Shown: positions 44,892-54,101 of the stretch, piece by piece | How positions within the stretch are numbered: position 1 is the first letter of the stretch | Layout of the letters: each line of letters starts with the position of its first letter | NCBI GenBank assembly: GCA_022763385.1 | Contig: JALEGQ010000174.1 | Coordinates: forward strand, 1-63,609 | DNA: 63,609 nucleotides | Direction of reading: 5' to 3' | DNA from: a bacterium | GTDB taxonomy: Bacteria; Bdellovibrionota_C; UBA2361; RFPC01 | The notes under the pieces: generated by a model | Told to the model about the DNA's origin: nothing | Seen by the model: only the letters and a program-made list of their open reading frames with translations | Databases searched by the model: none | Program-made: the position numbers and the translations under genes

Positions 44892-45992
44892 CTATGATGT
44901 GCGAAGAATTCGTTTTCTGACCTCAGCAGCAAAGGCCGCCGTTGAGATCGCTACTTCGCCGGTGCACGCGATATCAGCCGTGCGAAAGCCATCGTCGAGC
45001 ACACCCTCCACAGCAGTTTCAATGGTCTTCGCCTCTTCATCAAGACCAAATGAGTAGCGGAGCAGGAGGGCAACACAGAGAATCTGGGCAGTTGGGTTGG
45101 CCACGCCCTGGCCAGCGATATCAGGGGCACTCCCTCCGGAAGGTTCGTACATTCCAAACCCCTTCTCATTAAAACTTGCCGATGGAGTGAGTCCGAGAGA
45201 TCCGGGGAGAACTGCCGCGGTATCCGAGAGGATATCGCCAAACATATTTGAGGTGACGATCGTATCGAACTGCCCGGGATTCTGAACGAGCTGCATCGCA
45301 CAGTTGTCAACGAGCATGTGAGCAAGGGAGACATCTGGATACACCGTTCCGACCTCTTCCATCACCGCTCGCCACAACTTTGAGGTATCGAGAACATTCG
45401 CTTTGTCGACCGAGGTGAGCTGCTTCTTCCGTTGCTGAGCAGCGCGAAACGCGGTGTGGGCGATCCGACGAATCTCCTCTTCGGTGTACCTTGCTTCGTC
45501 GCGAGCAACTCGTACACCAGCCTCTTCCTTCGTTTCGTGGGTTCCAAAGTAGAGATCCCCCAGGAGTTCACGAACGATCAAGAGATCAATCCCCTCGCCG
45601 ATGATGGACTTCTTGAGTGGGCACCGCTCTTGAAGCGCCTGGTACACCCGGGCCGGACGAAAGTTCGCGTGAAAGCAACACCGTTGCCGAAGACCGAGCA
45701 GGGAGTTCTTCTCACAGTCTCGCCATTTTTCGGCGGTTGATTCTTCAATCGGTCCACCAACCGAGCCAAAGAGAATGGCGTCACAGTTCGCAATGAGCGT
45801 TTGGGTCTCTTCCGGAAAATGTTCCTGATGGAGTTCGTAGGCAGCTCCTCCGATCAGCCCTTCGCGCACCTCAAAGGAAAGATCGAAGCGTTCTCCGATG
45901 GCAGTGAGGATCTCAAGCGCTGCCCTCATGACCTCGGGGCCGATTCCATCTCCGGGGAGCGCTGCTATCCGTCGAGTGGTCGTTTTACTCAT
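44892..45992 (-). CDS. leuB: 3-isopropylmalate dehydrogenase
   Basis: Start set at MSKTTTRRIAALPGDGIGPEV (45992, 8-nt overlap with leuD). NMFGDILSD motif. Confidence 0.85.
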   Translation of the reverse strand: MSKTTTRRIAALPGDGIGPEVMRAALEILTAIGERFDLSFEVREGLIGGAAYELHQEHFPEETQTLIANCDAILFGSVGGPIEESTAEKWRDCEKNSLLGLRQRCCFHANFRPARVYQALQERCPLKKSIIGEGIDLLIVRELLGDLYFGTHETKEEAGVRVARDEARYTEEEIRRIAHTAFRAAQQRKKQLTSVDKANVLDTSKLWRAVMEEVGTVYPDVSLAHMLVDNCAMQLVQNPGQFDTIVTSNMFGDILSDTAAVLPGSLGLTPSASFNEKGFGMYEPSGGSAPDIAGQGVANPTAQILCVALLLRYSFGLDEEAKTIETAVEGVLDDGFRTADIACTGEVAISTAAFAAEVRKRILRTS

Positions 45993-46617
45993 CTGGTCCT
46001 CCGTGATGATTTGGAATACGGGTATCAAAGAAGGAGCTCTTCTCGTGTTGCTCCCGAAAGAGCGTGATCTCTTCTTCCCGGTTGAGGAGATAGTCGAGAT
46101 CGTCCATTCCGGCGAGGAGGCACTCTTTGCGGAATGGGTCGTAGGGAAAGAAAAACTTTTCTCCATCCTGAAGGGCAACCGTTTGGTTCGTGAGGTCTAT
46201 GGTGAGCTCAGGAAGCGGTGTGATTTCGGGGCTCGTCTGCTGGAGTAACGAATTTACCACCTCTTCGGGGAGTTCTACGAGAAGCAACCCATTCTTCCCA
46301 CTGTTGCTGTGGAAGATATCTGCAAAGGAAGGAGCGATAACTGCCTCGTATCCAGCACTCATCAAGGCCCACACGGCGTGTTCTCGTGAAGAGCCACACC
46401 CAAAGTTCTCTCGTGTTACGAGAATCTTTGCATTCCGGTAGGGTGGGAGAAACGGAGGGAACTCAGGGTCCTCATCGCGTAGCCGGCGAAAAAGGTTCTC
46501 ACCGTACCCTTCACGACTGATACTCGTGAGGAACTGCGCGGGGATGATCATGTCAGTATCAACATCCCGTATCGGAAGTGGGGCGTAATGAGAGCGAAGA
46601 GTCGTGAAGGTCTTCAT
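45985..46617 (-). CDS. leuD: 3-isopropylmalate dehydratase small subunit
   Basis: 210 aa. DTDMIIPAQFL and GCGSSREHA motifs. Confidence 0.85.
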   Translation of the reverse strand: MKTFTTLRSHYAPLPIRDVDTDMIIPAQFLTSISREGYGENLFRRLRDEDPEFPPFLPPYRNAKILVTRENFGCGSSREHAVWALMSAGYEAVIAPSFADIFHSNSGKNGLLLVELPEEVVNSLLQQTSPEITPLPELTIDLTNQTVALQDGEKFFFPYDPFRKECLLAGMDDLDYLLNREEEITLFREQHEKSSFFDTRIPNHHGGPDE

Positions 46618-46622
46618 GGTAG

Positions 46623-48017
46623 TTATATCTCCTCAGCTGTGGTGATCGAGCCCGCGATGGCACTGGCTGCTACGGTTGCGGGTGAAGCGAGATGTGTTCG
46701 ACTTCCCGCGCCCTGCCGCCCAACAAAATTTCTGTTTGATGAGCTGATACACCGTGCTCCTGAAGGAACCGTATCATCGTTCATACTGAGGCACATGGAG
46801 CATCCTGGAAGACGAAAGTCTGCTCCGGCTGTTTCAAAGATAGAATGCAGTCCTTCTGCGATCGCCTGCTCTCGAACGCGTTCTGACCCTGGCACGATAT
46901 AGAGGGTCACCGCGGGGTTCACCTTTTTCCCTCGAAGCACCTCGGCTGCAACCCGGAGATCTTCAATTCTTCCATTCGTGCACGATCCGATAAAGGCCCA
47001 GTCCACTGGAGTTTTGGCGAGAGGTGTTCCTTCCTCCAGGCCGATGTACTGAAGAGCCTGCGCAGCAGAGCTTCGCTCTTCCTCGGGAAGCTGACGGAGG
47101 AAGGGGATATGCTCTCGTATCTCTATCGCCTGTCCCGGGTTCGTTCCCCAGGTCGCCATCGGTGAGAGCGACTCGAGCGAGATCTCAACCTCGGCATCAA
47201 AAGAGGCTCCCTCATCGCTTCGAAAGCTCTGCCAGTGGGCGACCGCCCGTTCCCAGTCGCTATCCTGTGGAGCAAACCGTCTCCCGCGAATGTAGTGGGC
47301 TGTGGTTTCATCTGGAGCAATCAGTCCTGCTCGTGCACCACACTCAATACTCATATTGCAGAGCGTCATCCGTTCTTCCATCGACATCTGAGAGATGGCT
47401 TCACCGGTATACTCAATCACATGGCCCGTAGCACCGCCGATGCCAAGCTCTTGGATAAGGCGGAGGATGATATCCTTTGCATACACGCCGCGAGGGGGAG
47501 AGCCCGAGAAACGGACACGCATGGTCCTCGGTTTCTGCTGCAAGAGACACCCCGTGGCGAGCACATGGCCGACCTCACTCGTGCCCACACCGAAGGCGAG
47601 GGCACCAAAAGCTCCATGTGTTGAGGTATGTGAATCTCCGCACACGATCGTCATCCCGGGCTGAGTTGCTCCGAGCTCCGGCCCGACGACGTGCACGATT
47701 CCCTGATCTCCGCTATCAAAGTCATAGAACTCGAGGCCGTACTGTGCGGCATTTTGACGGAGTGTTTCGACCTGGGTACGAGCCGCGTCATCGGCGATCT
47801 GAAGTCGATTCTTTCGCGTGGGAATGCTGTGATCGATCGTGGCGAGGATCCGCTCCGGGTGGCGGGGGGAGAGCCCCCTTCGCTCAAGCTCTTGGAAGGC
47901 CTGGGCCGAAGTCACCTCGTGCATGAGGAGGAGGTCGATGGCAAAGACTGCTGGATGTCCCTCTTTTTGGGTGACAACGTGAGCATCCCAGATCTTATCA
48001 ACGATGTTTCGTTTCAT
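46623..48017 (-). CDS. leuC: 3-isopropylmalate dehydratase large subunit
   Basis: 464 aa. Aconitase-family motifs VCGDSHTSTHGAFG and IGSCTNGR. Confidence 0.9.
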   Translation of the reverse strand: MKRNIVDKIWDAHVVTQKEGHPAVFAIDLLLMHEVTSAQAFQELERRGLSPRHPERILATIDHSIPTRKNRLQIADDAARTQVETLRQNAAQYGLEFYDFDSGDQGIVHVVGPELGATQPGMTIVCGDSHTSTHGAFGALAFGVGTSEVGHVLATGCLLQQKPRTMRVRFSGSPPRGVYAKDIILRLIQELGIGGATGHVIEYTGEAISQMSMEERMTLCNMSIECGARAGLIAPDETTAHYIRGRRFAPQDSDWERAVAHWQSFRSDEGASFDAEVEISLESLSPMATWGTNPGQAIEIREHIPFLRQLPEEERSSAAQALQYIGLEEGTPLAKTPVDWAFIGSCTNGRIEDLRVAAEVLRGKKVNPAVTLYIVPGSERVREQAIAEGLHSIFETAGADFRLPGCSMCLSMNDDTVPSGARCISSSNRNFVGRQGAGSRTHLASPATVAASAIAGSITTAEEI

Positions 48018-49621
48018 GATTCTCCTCCCCGACGAAAGTAGTGCTCGACATAGGCGGTGTTCGTGGCATCGATCAGCGCCTTCATGGCTGAGATCTCAAT
48101 GTCTCGGTCGCTTCCCCGACCAACATACTCATTCCCATCACCTCCCGTCAGCACGATCTTTGAGTTGCTCGTAGCAGCGATGCCCTCGCCTTCAGATTGG
48201 CTCTGGTGGCTTGCGATCTGATATCCCGGGAAGCGGCGGTCGATAGCGGCCTTGAGTGCTGCAAGGGCCGAGTCTTCTCCCTCATATGATTCGCTGAGCG
48301 GGCCTTCATGATCAAAAAACTGCCCCTCGAGGTGCACCTCTGAGTTCTTCGCATTCCGAGAGTAATCGAACGATGTGATGGAGATCGGTTGCCGGTATGC
48401 CCGGTAGGCGGTGAGGAGTTCGGCGTCAGTAATGCCCTTCCTCCGGTCAGCGTAGCGATCCTTGATGAACTGAGTGATCTCCGCTTTCTCCTCATCAGGA
48501 CAGGAGTAGCCTGCTTCCTCGATCAGCGATTGGGCGTGATTGCTCCCACTGAGGGGGCCGAAGAGGAGAGAGACCTTGCTTCCGGTCTCTGCGGGGTCAA
48601 ACGGTTGGTAGACGTGAATATTATTGAGAATGGCATTGGTATGCCCACCGGAGGAGTGGCGGGCCGCATTCTCGCCAGAGATCGGCCAGTGGGGTTGCCG
48701 CGGAAGCATGTGTCTGCTCACAAAGTTAGAGATCCCCTGGAGGTATTTCGTGTTGGCATTGGTAAAGAACTTGGAGCATTCCTTCTCTGAAGGCGATGAA
48801 GAAAAGCTGCGAATCGCCATGATACACTGCTCAAGAGCAGCGTTTCCGGCCCGTTCTCCGACACCGTTGATGCACCCTTCGATCTGTCGTGCGGGCCCAT
48901 CAAAAACACCGTGAAGCGAGTTCGCCACCGCGAGCCCGAAGTCGTTGTGGCAGTGAACAGACCAGGTGAGCGAAAGCTCGGGATACTCTTCCCGAAGAAT
49001 CGCAGCGTGTCTGTTCATCTGAGCGACAAAGTAGTTATCGCCCTGGATGTAGCACGCCGAGCCAATGGTATCTGGACAGTTCAGAATACGGGCTCCAGCT
49101 TCTACCGCTGCGCGGAGGAGATCCGTGACGAAATCAAAGTTCTCGCCCTGCCGAGAGTACCCCTCGGGACTGAACTGCACCTCGAGTCCCGCCTCTGCCG
49201 CACGGCTGATGTAGTCTGAGGTTCGTTTCAGGAGGGTGCTGTGGTCCTCAGCGAGTGAACCGAGGGACGCTTGCATTAGCAGGGGATCAACGGGAACATA
49301 GGTATGGAGGCGGGCTCGCCCCCGAGAGATCGCAGGTTCAAGGGCAGCTATTGTGGTGTCGATCTGCTCCGAACGGAGTTGGCACAGTCCGGCGATGGTG
49401 GTGTGGTGATTTTCATCCGTCGCAAGCTCCTCGGTGATCGTGTGGACGATCTCAAAATCAGTTGAGCTTGCCGAAGGAAAACCGGCTTCGAGGATATCAA
49501 TCCCAAGTTGCGCCGCTAGCCGCGCGTACTCGAGATTTCTCTCAAAGCTCATGCCCGCACCCGGACACTGCTGTCCGTCACGGAGGGTAGTATCAAAAAG
49601 GGCGATCTGTTCCTGTGTCAT
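48014..49621 (-). CDS. leuA: 2-isopropylmalate synthase (LeuA/CimA family)
   Basis: 535 aa. LFDTTLRDGQQ and HCHNDFGLAVANS. C-terminal regulatory domain present. ATGA overlap with leuC. Confidence 0.85.
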   Translation of the reverse strand: MTQEQIALFDTTLRDGQQCPGAGMSFERNLEYARLAAQLGIDILEAGFPSASSTDFEIVHTITEELATDENHHTTIAGLCQLRSEQIDTTIAALEPAISRGRARLHTYVPVDPLLMQASLGSLAEDHSTLLKRTSDYISRAAEAGLEVQFSPEGYSRQGENFDFVTDLLRAAVEAGARILNCPDTIGSACYIQGDNYFVAQMNRHAAILREEYPELSLTWSVHCHNDFGLAVANSLHGVFDGPARQIEGCINGVGERAGNAALEQCIMAIRSFSSSPSEKECSKFFTNANTKYLQGISNFVSRHMLPRQPHWPISGENAARHSSGGHTNAILNNIHVYQPFDPAETGSKVSLLFGPLSGSNHAQSLIEEAGYSCPDEEKAEITQFIKDRYADRRKGITDAELLTAYRAYRQPISITSFDYSRNAKNSEVHLEGQFFDHEGPLSESYEGEDSALAALKAAIDRRFPGYQIASHQSQSEGEGIAATSNSKIVLTGGDGNEYVGRGSDRDIEISAMKALIDATNTAYVEHYFRRGGES

Positions 49622-49650
49622 ATCACGCTACTTCACCGGTTATTGTCATC

Positions 49651-49686
49651 AAAAAAGCAAAAAAAAAGCCCTGCTTGAGCAGAGCT
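49651..49686 (-). terminator. Attenuator terminator of the leu leader
   Basis: Minus strand: AGCUCUGC-UCAA-GCAGGGCU (8 bp including one G.U) followed by U9-GC-U6, ending 30 nt before the leuA ATG. Confidence 0.7.
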
Positions 49687-49726
49687 TCTTCGCTGTTGAT
49701 TTCCAACAGAGCACTGCGTTCGTCTC

Positions 49727-49789
49727 CTATCCGGAGAGGAGGAGTACGAGGAGCAGCAGCAGTGACTTTTTTGAAGAATCGTTCATCAT
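49727..49789 (-). CDS. leu operon leader peptide, 20 aa with 8 Leu (absent from the ORF track)
   Basis: Hand translation: ATG ATG AAC GAT TCT TCA AAA AAG TCA CTG CTG CTG CTC CTC GTA CTC CTC CTC TCC GGA TAG = MMNDSSKKSLLLLLVLLLSG. Confidence 0.7.
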   Translation of the reverse strand: MMNDSSKKSLLLLLVLLLSG

Positions 49790-49865
49790 GGCAGTAGAAC
49801 GAAAAAGGGGATCTCAGTCAAGGACCGCACTTGCAAGAGGTTCCTACAGATGGCAGGAAGAGCAG

Positions 49866-50858
49866 ATGGAGCAGGTATATACAGACCGTGACGTCACCGA
49901 GGGACTTCTCGACGGAAAAACGGTGGCGATTCTCGGGTATGGGTCCCAGGGAAAGGCCCAGGCGAAGAACTTCCGCGACAGTGGGGTGCGTACGGTCCTC
50001 GGCCTCCGTCCTGATGGCCCCTCTGCCAGAGAGGCAGAAGCCGATGGATTCACCGTCCTTCCGTTCCGAGAAGCAGCCGTGCAGGGAGATATCATTCACT
50101 TCCTTCTCCCTGATGAAGTCCACGGCGCGGTGTACGCTGAAATTGAAGATGCCGTGACAGCAGGCAAAATGCTCTCCTTTAGCCACGGCTTCTCCATTCA
50201 CTTTCAGTTGATAGTTCCTCCGGCGGGAGTTGACGTGATTCTCGTTTCTCCAAAGGCTCATGCGTCCGCCGTCCGAGAGCGCTATCTTGGCGGATTCGGA
50301 GTACCGGCCGTGCTCGCCGTTCACGCAGATTCCTCTGGTGAGGCGTTTGAGAAAGCGCTTGCTCTGGCACAGGCAAATGGCAACACGAGATCGGGATGTT
50401 ATCGGACGACCTTCCGAGAGGAGACCGAGGCAGATCTCTTTTCGGAGCAGAACGTGATCTGCGGTGGGGTAACGAGCCTTATTCGAGCGGGATTTGATGT
50501 GCTCGTTGAAGCAGGATACTCCCCCGAGGTCGCGTATTTCGAGTGTGTCTATGAGATGAAGATTATCGTTGATCTGATCGAAAAACACGGCATTCACGGA
50601 ATGTCTGAGCGGATCTCTCCAACGGCTCGATTTGGCCAGTTCGCTCAGGGAGATCGGGTGATTACCGAGCATACGAAAGAGGCGATGCGAGATCAGCTCA
50701 AGCGGATCCAGTCAGGTGAGTTTGTGCGTGAGTGGATTGAAGAGGAGTGTGAGCAGGCCGGCGGAGAGAATCTCGCACGCCGATTAGCTGATTGTCACGA
50801 GTGGGAGGTCGAGCGGGTTGGAAGAGCGATTCGTGCTCGTATGGCGAACAGGGGTTAG
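49866..50858 (+). CDS. ilvC: Ketol-acid reductoisomerase (class I)
   Basis: The ATG at 49866 is preceded by AGGAAG. MEQVYTDRDV..GKTVAILGYGSQGKAQAKN. The listed ORF start (49434) is an upstream read-through. Confidence 0.9.
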   Translation: MEQVYTDRDVTEGLLDGKTVAILGYGSQGKAQAKNFRDSGVRTVLGLRPDGPSAREAEADGFTVLPFREAAVQGDIIHFLLPDEVHGAVYAEIEDAVTAGKMLSFSHGFSIHFQLIVPPAGVDVILVSPKAHASAVRERYLGGFGVPAVLAVHADSSGEAFEKALALAQANGNTRSGCYRTTFREETEADLFSEQNVICGGVTSLIRAGFDVLVEAGYSPEVAYFECVYEMKIIVDLIEKHGIHGMSERISPTARFGQFAQGDRVITEHTKEAMRDQLKRIQSGEFVREWIEEECEQAGGENLARRLADCHEWEVERVGRAIRARMANRG

Positions 50859-51763
50859 GAAGAAACGTACTTCTTCTCGATCGCTTCGTAGGCGATCTGG
50901 ATCTCACGAAACCGCCTTCCTCCATCGATAGCCTTTCCCTTAGCGAGATCGGGATGGTTCTCCTTCACGAGCTTTCGGTAGGCCTTTTTCACCTCCTCTC
51001 TCGTAGCGCTGGCCGAAAGGCCGAGGGTTCGGTAGTGTTTTGAGCTTGCGAGGGTAGAGAGTATGCGCTCCGTACGTTCCCCAGTGCGGTGATACGATTG
51101 CGAGCGTGAGCTTCTCTGGCGCGTAGAACTACCGGAATGTTTCTGAGATGTATTCCCCGAAGAACGGCGTTTCCCACTGCTCTCAGCCTGTTTCTTTCTT
51201 GTGCGGTAGCCCATCTTCTCGTAGAACAGGTCGAGCACCTCTTGCTCCATGCGACGGAGCTCTTTTGCGTGCACACCAAAGGTGCGTGCCATTGTTTGGA
51301 GCATATGTTCCTCACTTACATTCGTTGCTCCGTCAACGATACAGATCTCAATAGAGAATCGGAGGAGCTGCTGGAGCTTTCTCTTCTGTGATGAGTAGTC
51401 CCAATAGAACTGGGCGATCCCTTCAGCGATATTTCGTCCCCGAAGCTCCTCACTCTCAAAGGCATACAGCAGCTCATCTCGGTCTCGAGTCGCCTCCGGG
51501 AAAAGCTCGAAGAATCCGCGTTGAAATTCTCGACGTTCCTCTGGAGTGATCATTCCATCGATCCGACACACCTGACCGATCAGCCGAGCGCTCTCCACAA
51601 AGAACGGATCTGGCTCCGGCTCCTTCGCAGTCTCTTCTCGTCGAGCAGAGAACGGCCATCGGAACCGAAAGACTCGCGACCACGGGAAATACGCCCCGAA
51701 GATCACCCCGACCACGGTGCCAACCACCACCATCACCCGATTCTCAGAAAATTCCATTATCAT
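50855..51763 (-). CDS. djlA: DjlA-like membrane co-chaperone (TerB-like domain + C-terminal J domain)
   Basis: 302 aa. N-terminal TM. J domain YRTLGLSASATREEVKKAYRKLVKENHPDL (HPD motif). Confidence 0.7.
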   Translation of the reverse strand: MIMEFSENRVMVVVGTVVGVIFGAYFPWSRVFRFRWPFSARREETAKEPEPDPFFVESARLIGQVCRIDGMITPEERREFQRGFFELFPEATRDRDELLYAFESEELRGRNIAEGIAQFYWDYSSQKRKLQQLLRFSIEICIVDGATNVSEEHMLQTMARTFGVHAKELRRMEQEVLDLFYEKMGYRTRKKQAESSGKRRSSGNTSQKHSGSSTRQRSSRSQSYHRTGERTERILSTLASSKHYRTLGLSASATREEVKKAYRKLVKENHPDLAKGKAIDGGRRFREIQIAYEAIEKKYVSS

Positions 51764-51839
51764 CTTATAGAGTTATGCTCTCCCAGAATCAATCTGTGCG
51801 CAGGAGGAAGGGGAGATCCCTTTTTTGGAATGACTCTGA

Positions 51840-52991
51840 ATGTTAGCCTTTCAGACGATATGGATTTCTGAAAATTTCGAGAAGCAGTTGAAAGATCAAG
51901 CGCTTGTACAGTTTCGCGGCATCTCCAAGTCTTTTGATGGGGCGGCGTATGCGGTGAGGGACCTCAATCTCTCCGTAGAGCGGGGAGAGTTTTTTACTCT
52001 CCTCGGTCCTTCAGGATCGGGAAAGACGACGACGTTGATGCTGCTTGCCGGATTTGAATCGCCGACCACTGGTGAGATCTTTCTCGATGGGAAAAACATC
52101 GTGGGAGTTCCGCCCTATCATCGGAACATCGGAGTCGTTTTCCAGCACTACGCCCTCTTCCCTCATCTGTCTGTCTTCGAGAATATTGCCTACCCACTTC
52201 GGATGCGGGGGGTTCCTCGGGGTGAATTGAGTTCTCGTGTCGGGAAGATCCTTGAGGTCGTGGAGTTGGATGGGCTTGAGTCTCGTGCAACCTCTGAGAT
52301 CTCTGGAGGACAAGCTCAGCGGGTCGCCCTTGCTCGGGCCCTCGTTTTTGAACCGCCCGTGGTACTTATGGATGAGCCACTGGGTGCGCTTGACAAGAGA
52401 CTTCGTGAAACTCTGCAGGAAGAGATTCGACGGGTTCATAGAGAGCTTTCGACGACCGTTATATATGTCACCCATGACCAGTCTGAAGCCCTCTTCCTCT
52501 CTGACCGAATCGCCCTTTTTCGCGAAGGTGTGGTGGAACAGATTGATTCGCCGAATGGCTTGTACTGCTCCCCAAAAACTTCGTTCGCCGCTGGATTTAT
52601 CGGAGAAAATAACTCGCTTGAGGGGAAGATTGTCTCCGGATCAAACCAGGTAGTACAGATCAAGATTCACGGGTCAGATCAGATAGTGCACGTTCCTATT
52701 TGTGGTGCTCACCGTCATGGTGCTGAAGTCACTCTTTGTATACGACCCGAGTACATCACGGCTTCTCCGTCTCAAAGCGAATCTCCTCAGGCTCACCGGG
52801 AGAACGAGGTTCGTGGGTACGTTCAGAGTGTTACCTTTCACGGTGATCATTGGAGATATTGTACCGTGATATCTCAGCAGGAGAATCAGAGGATTACGGT
52901 ACCGCTCAGGGAAAAGCTATCGGTTAAGGAGGGAGAGATGCTCTTTCTCCGGTGGGAAATTTCTTCTGGTGATGGTTTTGTTGTTGATTGA
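51840..52991 (+). CDS. ABC importer ATPase (PotA/spermidine-putrescine type)
   Basis: Walker A GPSGSGKTT, signature ISGGQAQR, Walker B VVLMDEPL, and a C-terminal TOBE-like domain. Start uncertain (a TTG at 51886 is also possible). Confidence 0.8.
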   Translation: MLAFQTIWISENFEKQLKDQALVQFRGISKSFDGAAYAVRDLNLSVERGEFFTLLGPSGSGKTTTLMLLAGFESPTTGEIFLDGKNIVGVPPYHRNIGVVFQHYALFPHLSVFENIAYPLRMRGVPRGELSSRVGKILEVVELDGLESRATSEISGGQAQRVALARALVFEPPVVLMDEPLGALDKRLRETLQEEIRRVHRELSTTVIYVTHDQSEALFLSDRIALFREGVVEQIDSPNGLYCSPKTSFAAGFIGENNSLEGKIVSGSNQVVQIKIHGSDQIVHVPICGAHRHGAEVTLCIRPEYITASPSQSESPQAHRENEVRGYVQSVTFHGDHWRYCTVISQQENQRITVPLREKLSVKEGEMLFLRWEISSGDGFVVD

Positions 52992-53009
52992 AATGGGAGA
53001 TGGAGAGGG

Positions 53010-54101
53010 ATGAAAAAGAGAGTTCCTGGAGGAGTGATATTTTTTCTCGGATCATTGTTGGCGCTGGCAACGCTTCCTCAAGAGAGTATGGCCGATAGCA
53101 TCGGCTTTGCTTCATGGGGCGGGGCATTTCAAGCCGCACAGAATAAGGTCATTGTGCAGCCATGGTCGAAAAAGACAGGTCACGAGGTTAAGAATTTTAG
53201 CTATAACGGGGAGCTGGCCAAGATCAAAGCGATGGTGCTTTCCAAGAATTATGAGTGGGATGTCATCGATCTCGAGGCTGGCAGCGCACATGTCCTCTGT
53301 GAAGAGGGAATGTTAGAGCGAATTCCTGAGAGTTTTTGGGAAGGTGTTGGTGGAAAGGCACTTTTCCTCGAGTCTGCGGTTCATGAGTGCTCTGTAGGCG
53401 CTGTTGTTTGGTCTACCATTTTTGCCTATGACTCTCGTCGAGTGGCTCCAGAGGAAGCTCCAAAGAGTTGGAAGGAGTTCTGGGATGTTAAAAAGTTTCC
53501 GGGTGCTCGTTCCCTCAGAAATAGTCCTCGAGGGAATCTTGAGTTCGCGCTGCTCGCTGATGGAGTTGATCGAAACGATATCTATCCTCTTCTGAGAACG
53601 AAAGCTGGCATTGAAAGAGCATTTCGAAAGCTTGATGAGATTAAACCCCACATTAAGAAGTGGTGGAGCGCTGGAGCAGAGCCTCCGCAACTCCTGGCGG
53701 ACGGAGAAGTTCGATACAGTTCCGCCTTTAATGGGAGGATATCTGAGGCGAATAAGAACCAGGGCCAGCAATTTGTTATTGAATGGAACGGTCAACACGT
53801 GACCCTTGATCACTATGCGATTGCTCGGGGAAATCCGAAGAAAAAACGCGCCCTTGAGTTGATTGCCTACAGCCTCTCAGCCTCTTCTCAGCGCGAGTTC
53901 GTGCAAGAGATTCCATTTGCACCTGTTCGGAAAGGTGTTCTTGAAACCTTGCCAAAGTCGATTCAGAACCAGGTGCCAACGGCAGATGTGCACGGATATC
54001 CGGATTTGGCTATTCAGGCGGACGAACAGTTCTGGATGGTATATCAAGAAGAACTCACGGAGAGGTTTGAGAGCTGGAAGCTTCGGAGTACCGCTCACTG
54101 A
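53010..54101 (+). CDS. Periplasmic solute-binding protein (PotD/PotF-like family)
   Basis: 363 aa. Signal peptide. Size and position between the ATPase and the permeases. Confidence 0.7.
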   Translation: MKKRVPGGVIFFLGSLLALATLPQESMADSIGFASWGGAFQAAQNKVIVQPWSKKTGHEVKNFSYNGELAKIKAMVLSKNYEWDVIDLEAGSAHVLCEEGMLERIPESFWEGVGGKALFLESAVHECSVGAVVWSTIFAYDSRRVAPEEAPKSWKEFWDVKKFPGARSLRNSPRGNLEFALLADGVDRNDIYPLLRTKAGIERAFRKLDEIKPHIKKWWSAGAEPPQLLADGEVRYSSAFNGRISEANKNQGQQFVIEWNGQHVTLDHYAIARGNPKKKRALELIAYSLSASSQREFVQEIPFAPVRKGVLETLPKSIQNQVPTADVHGYPDLAIQADEQFWMVYQEELTERFESWKLRSTAH

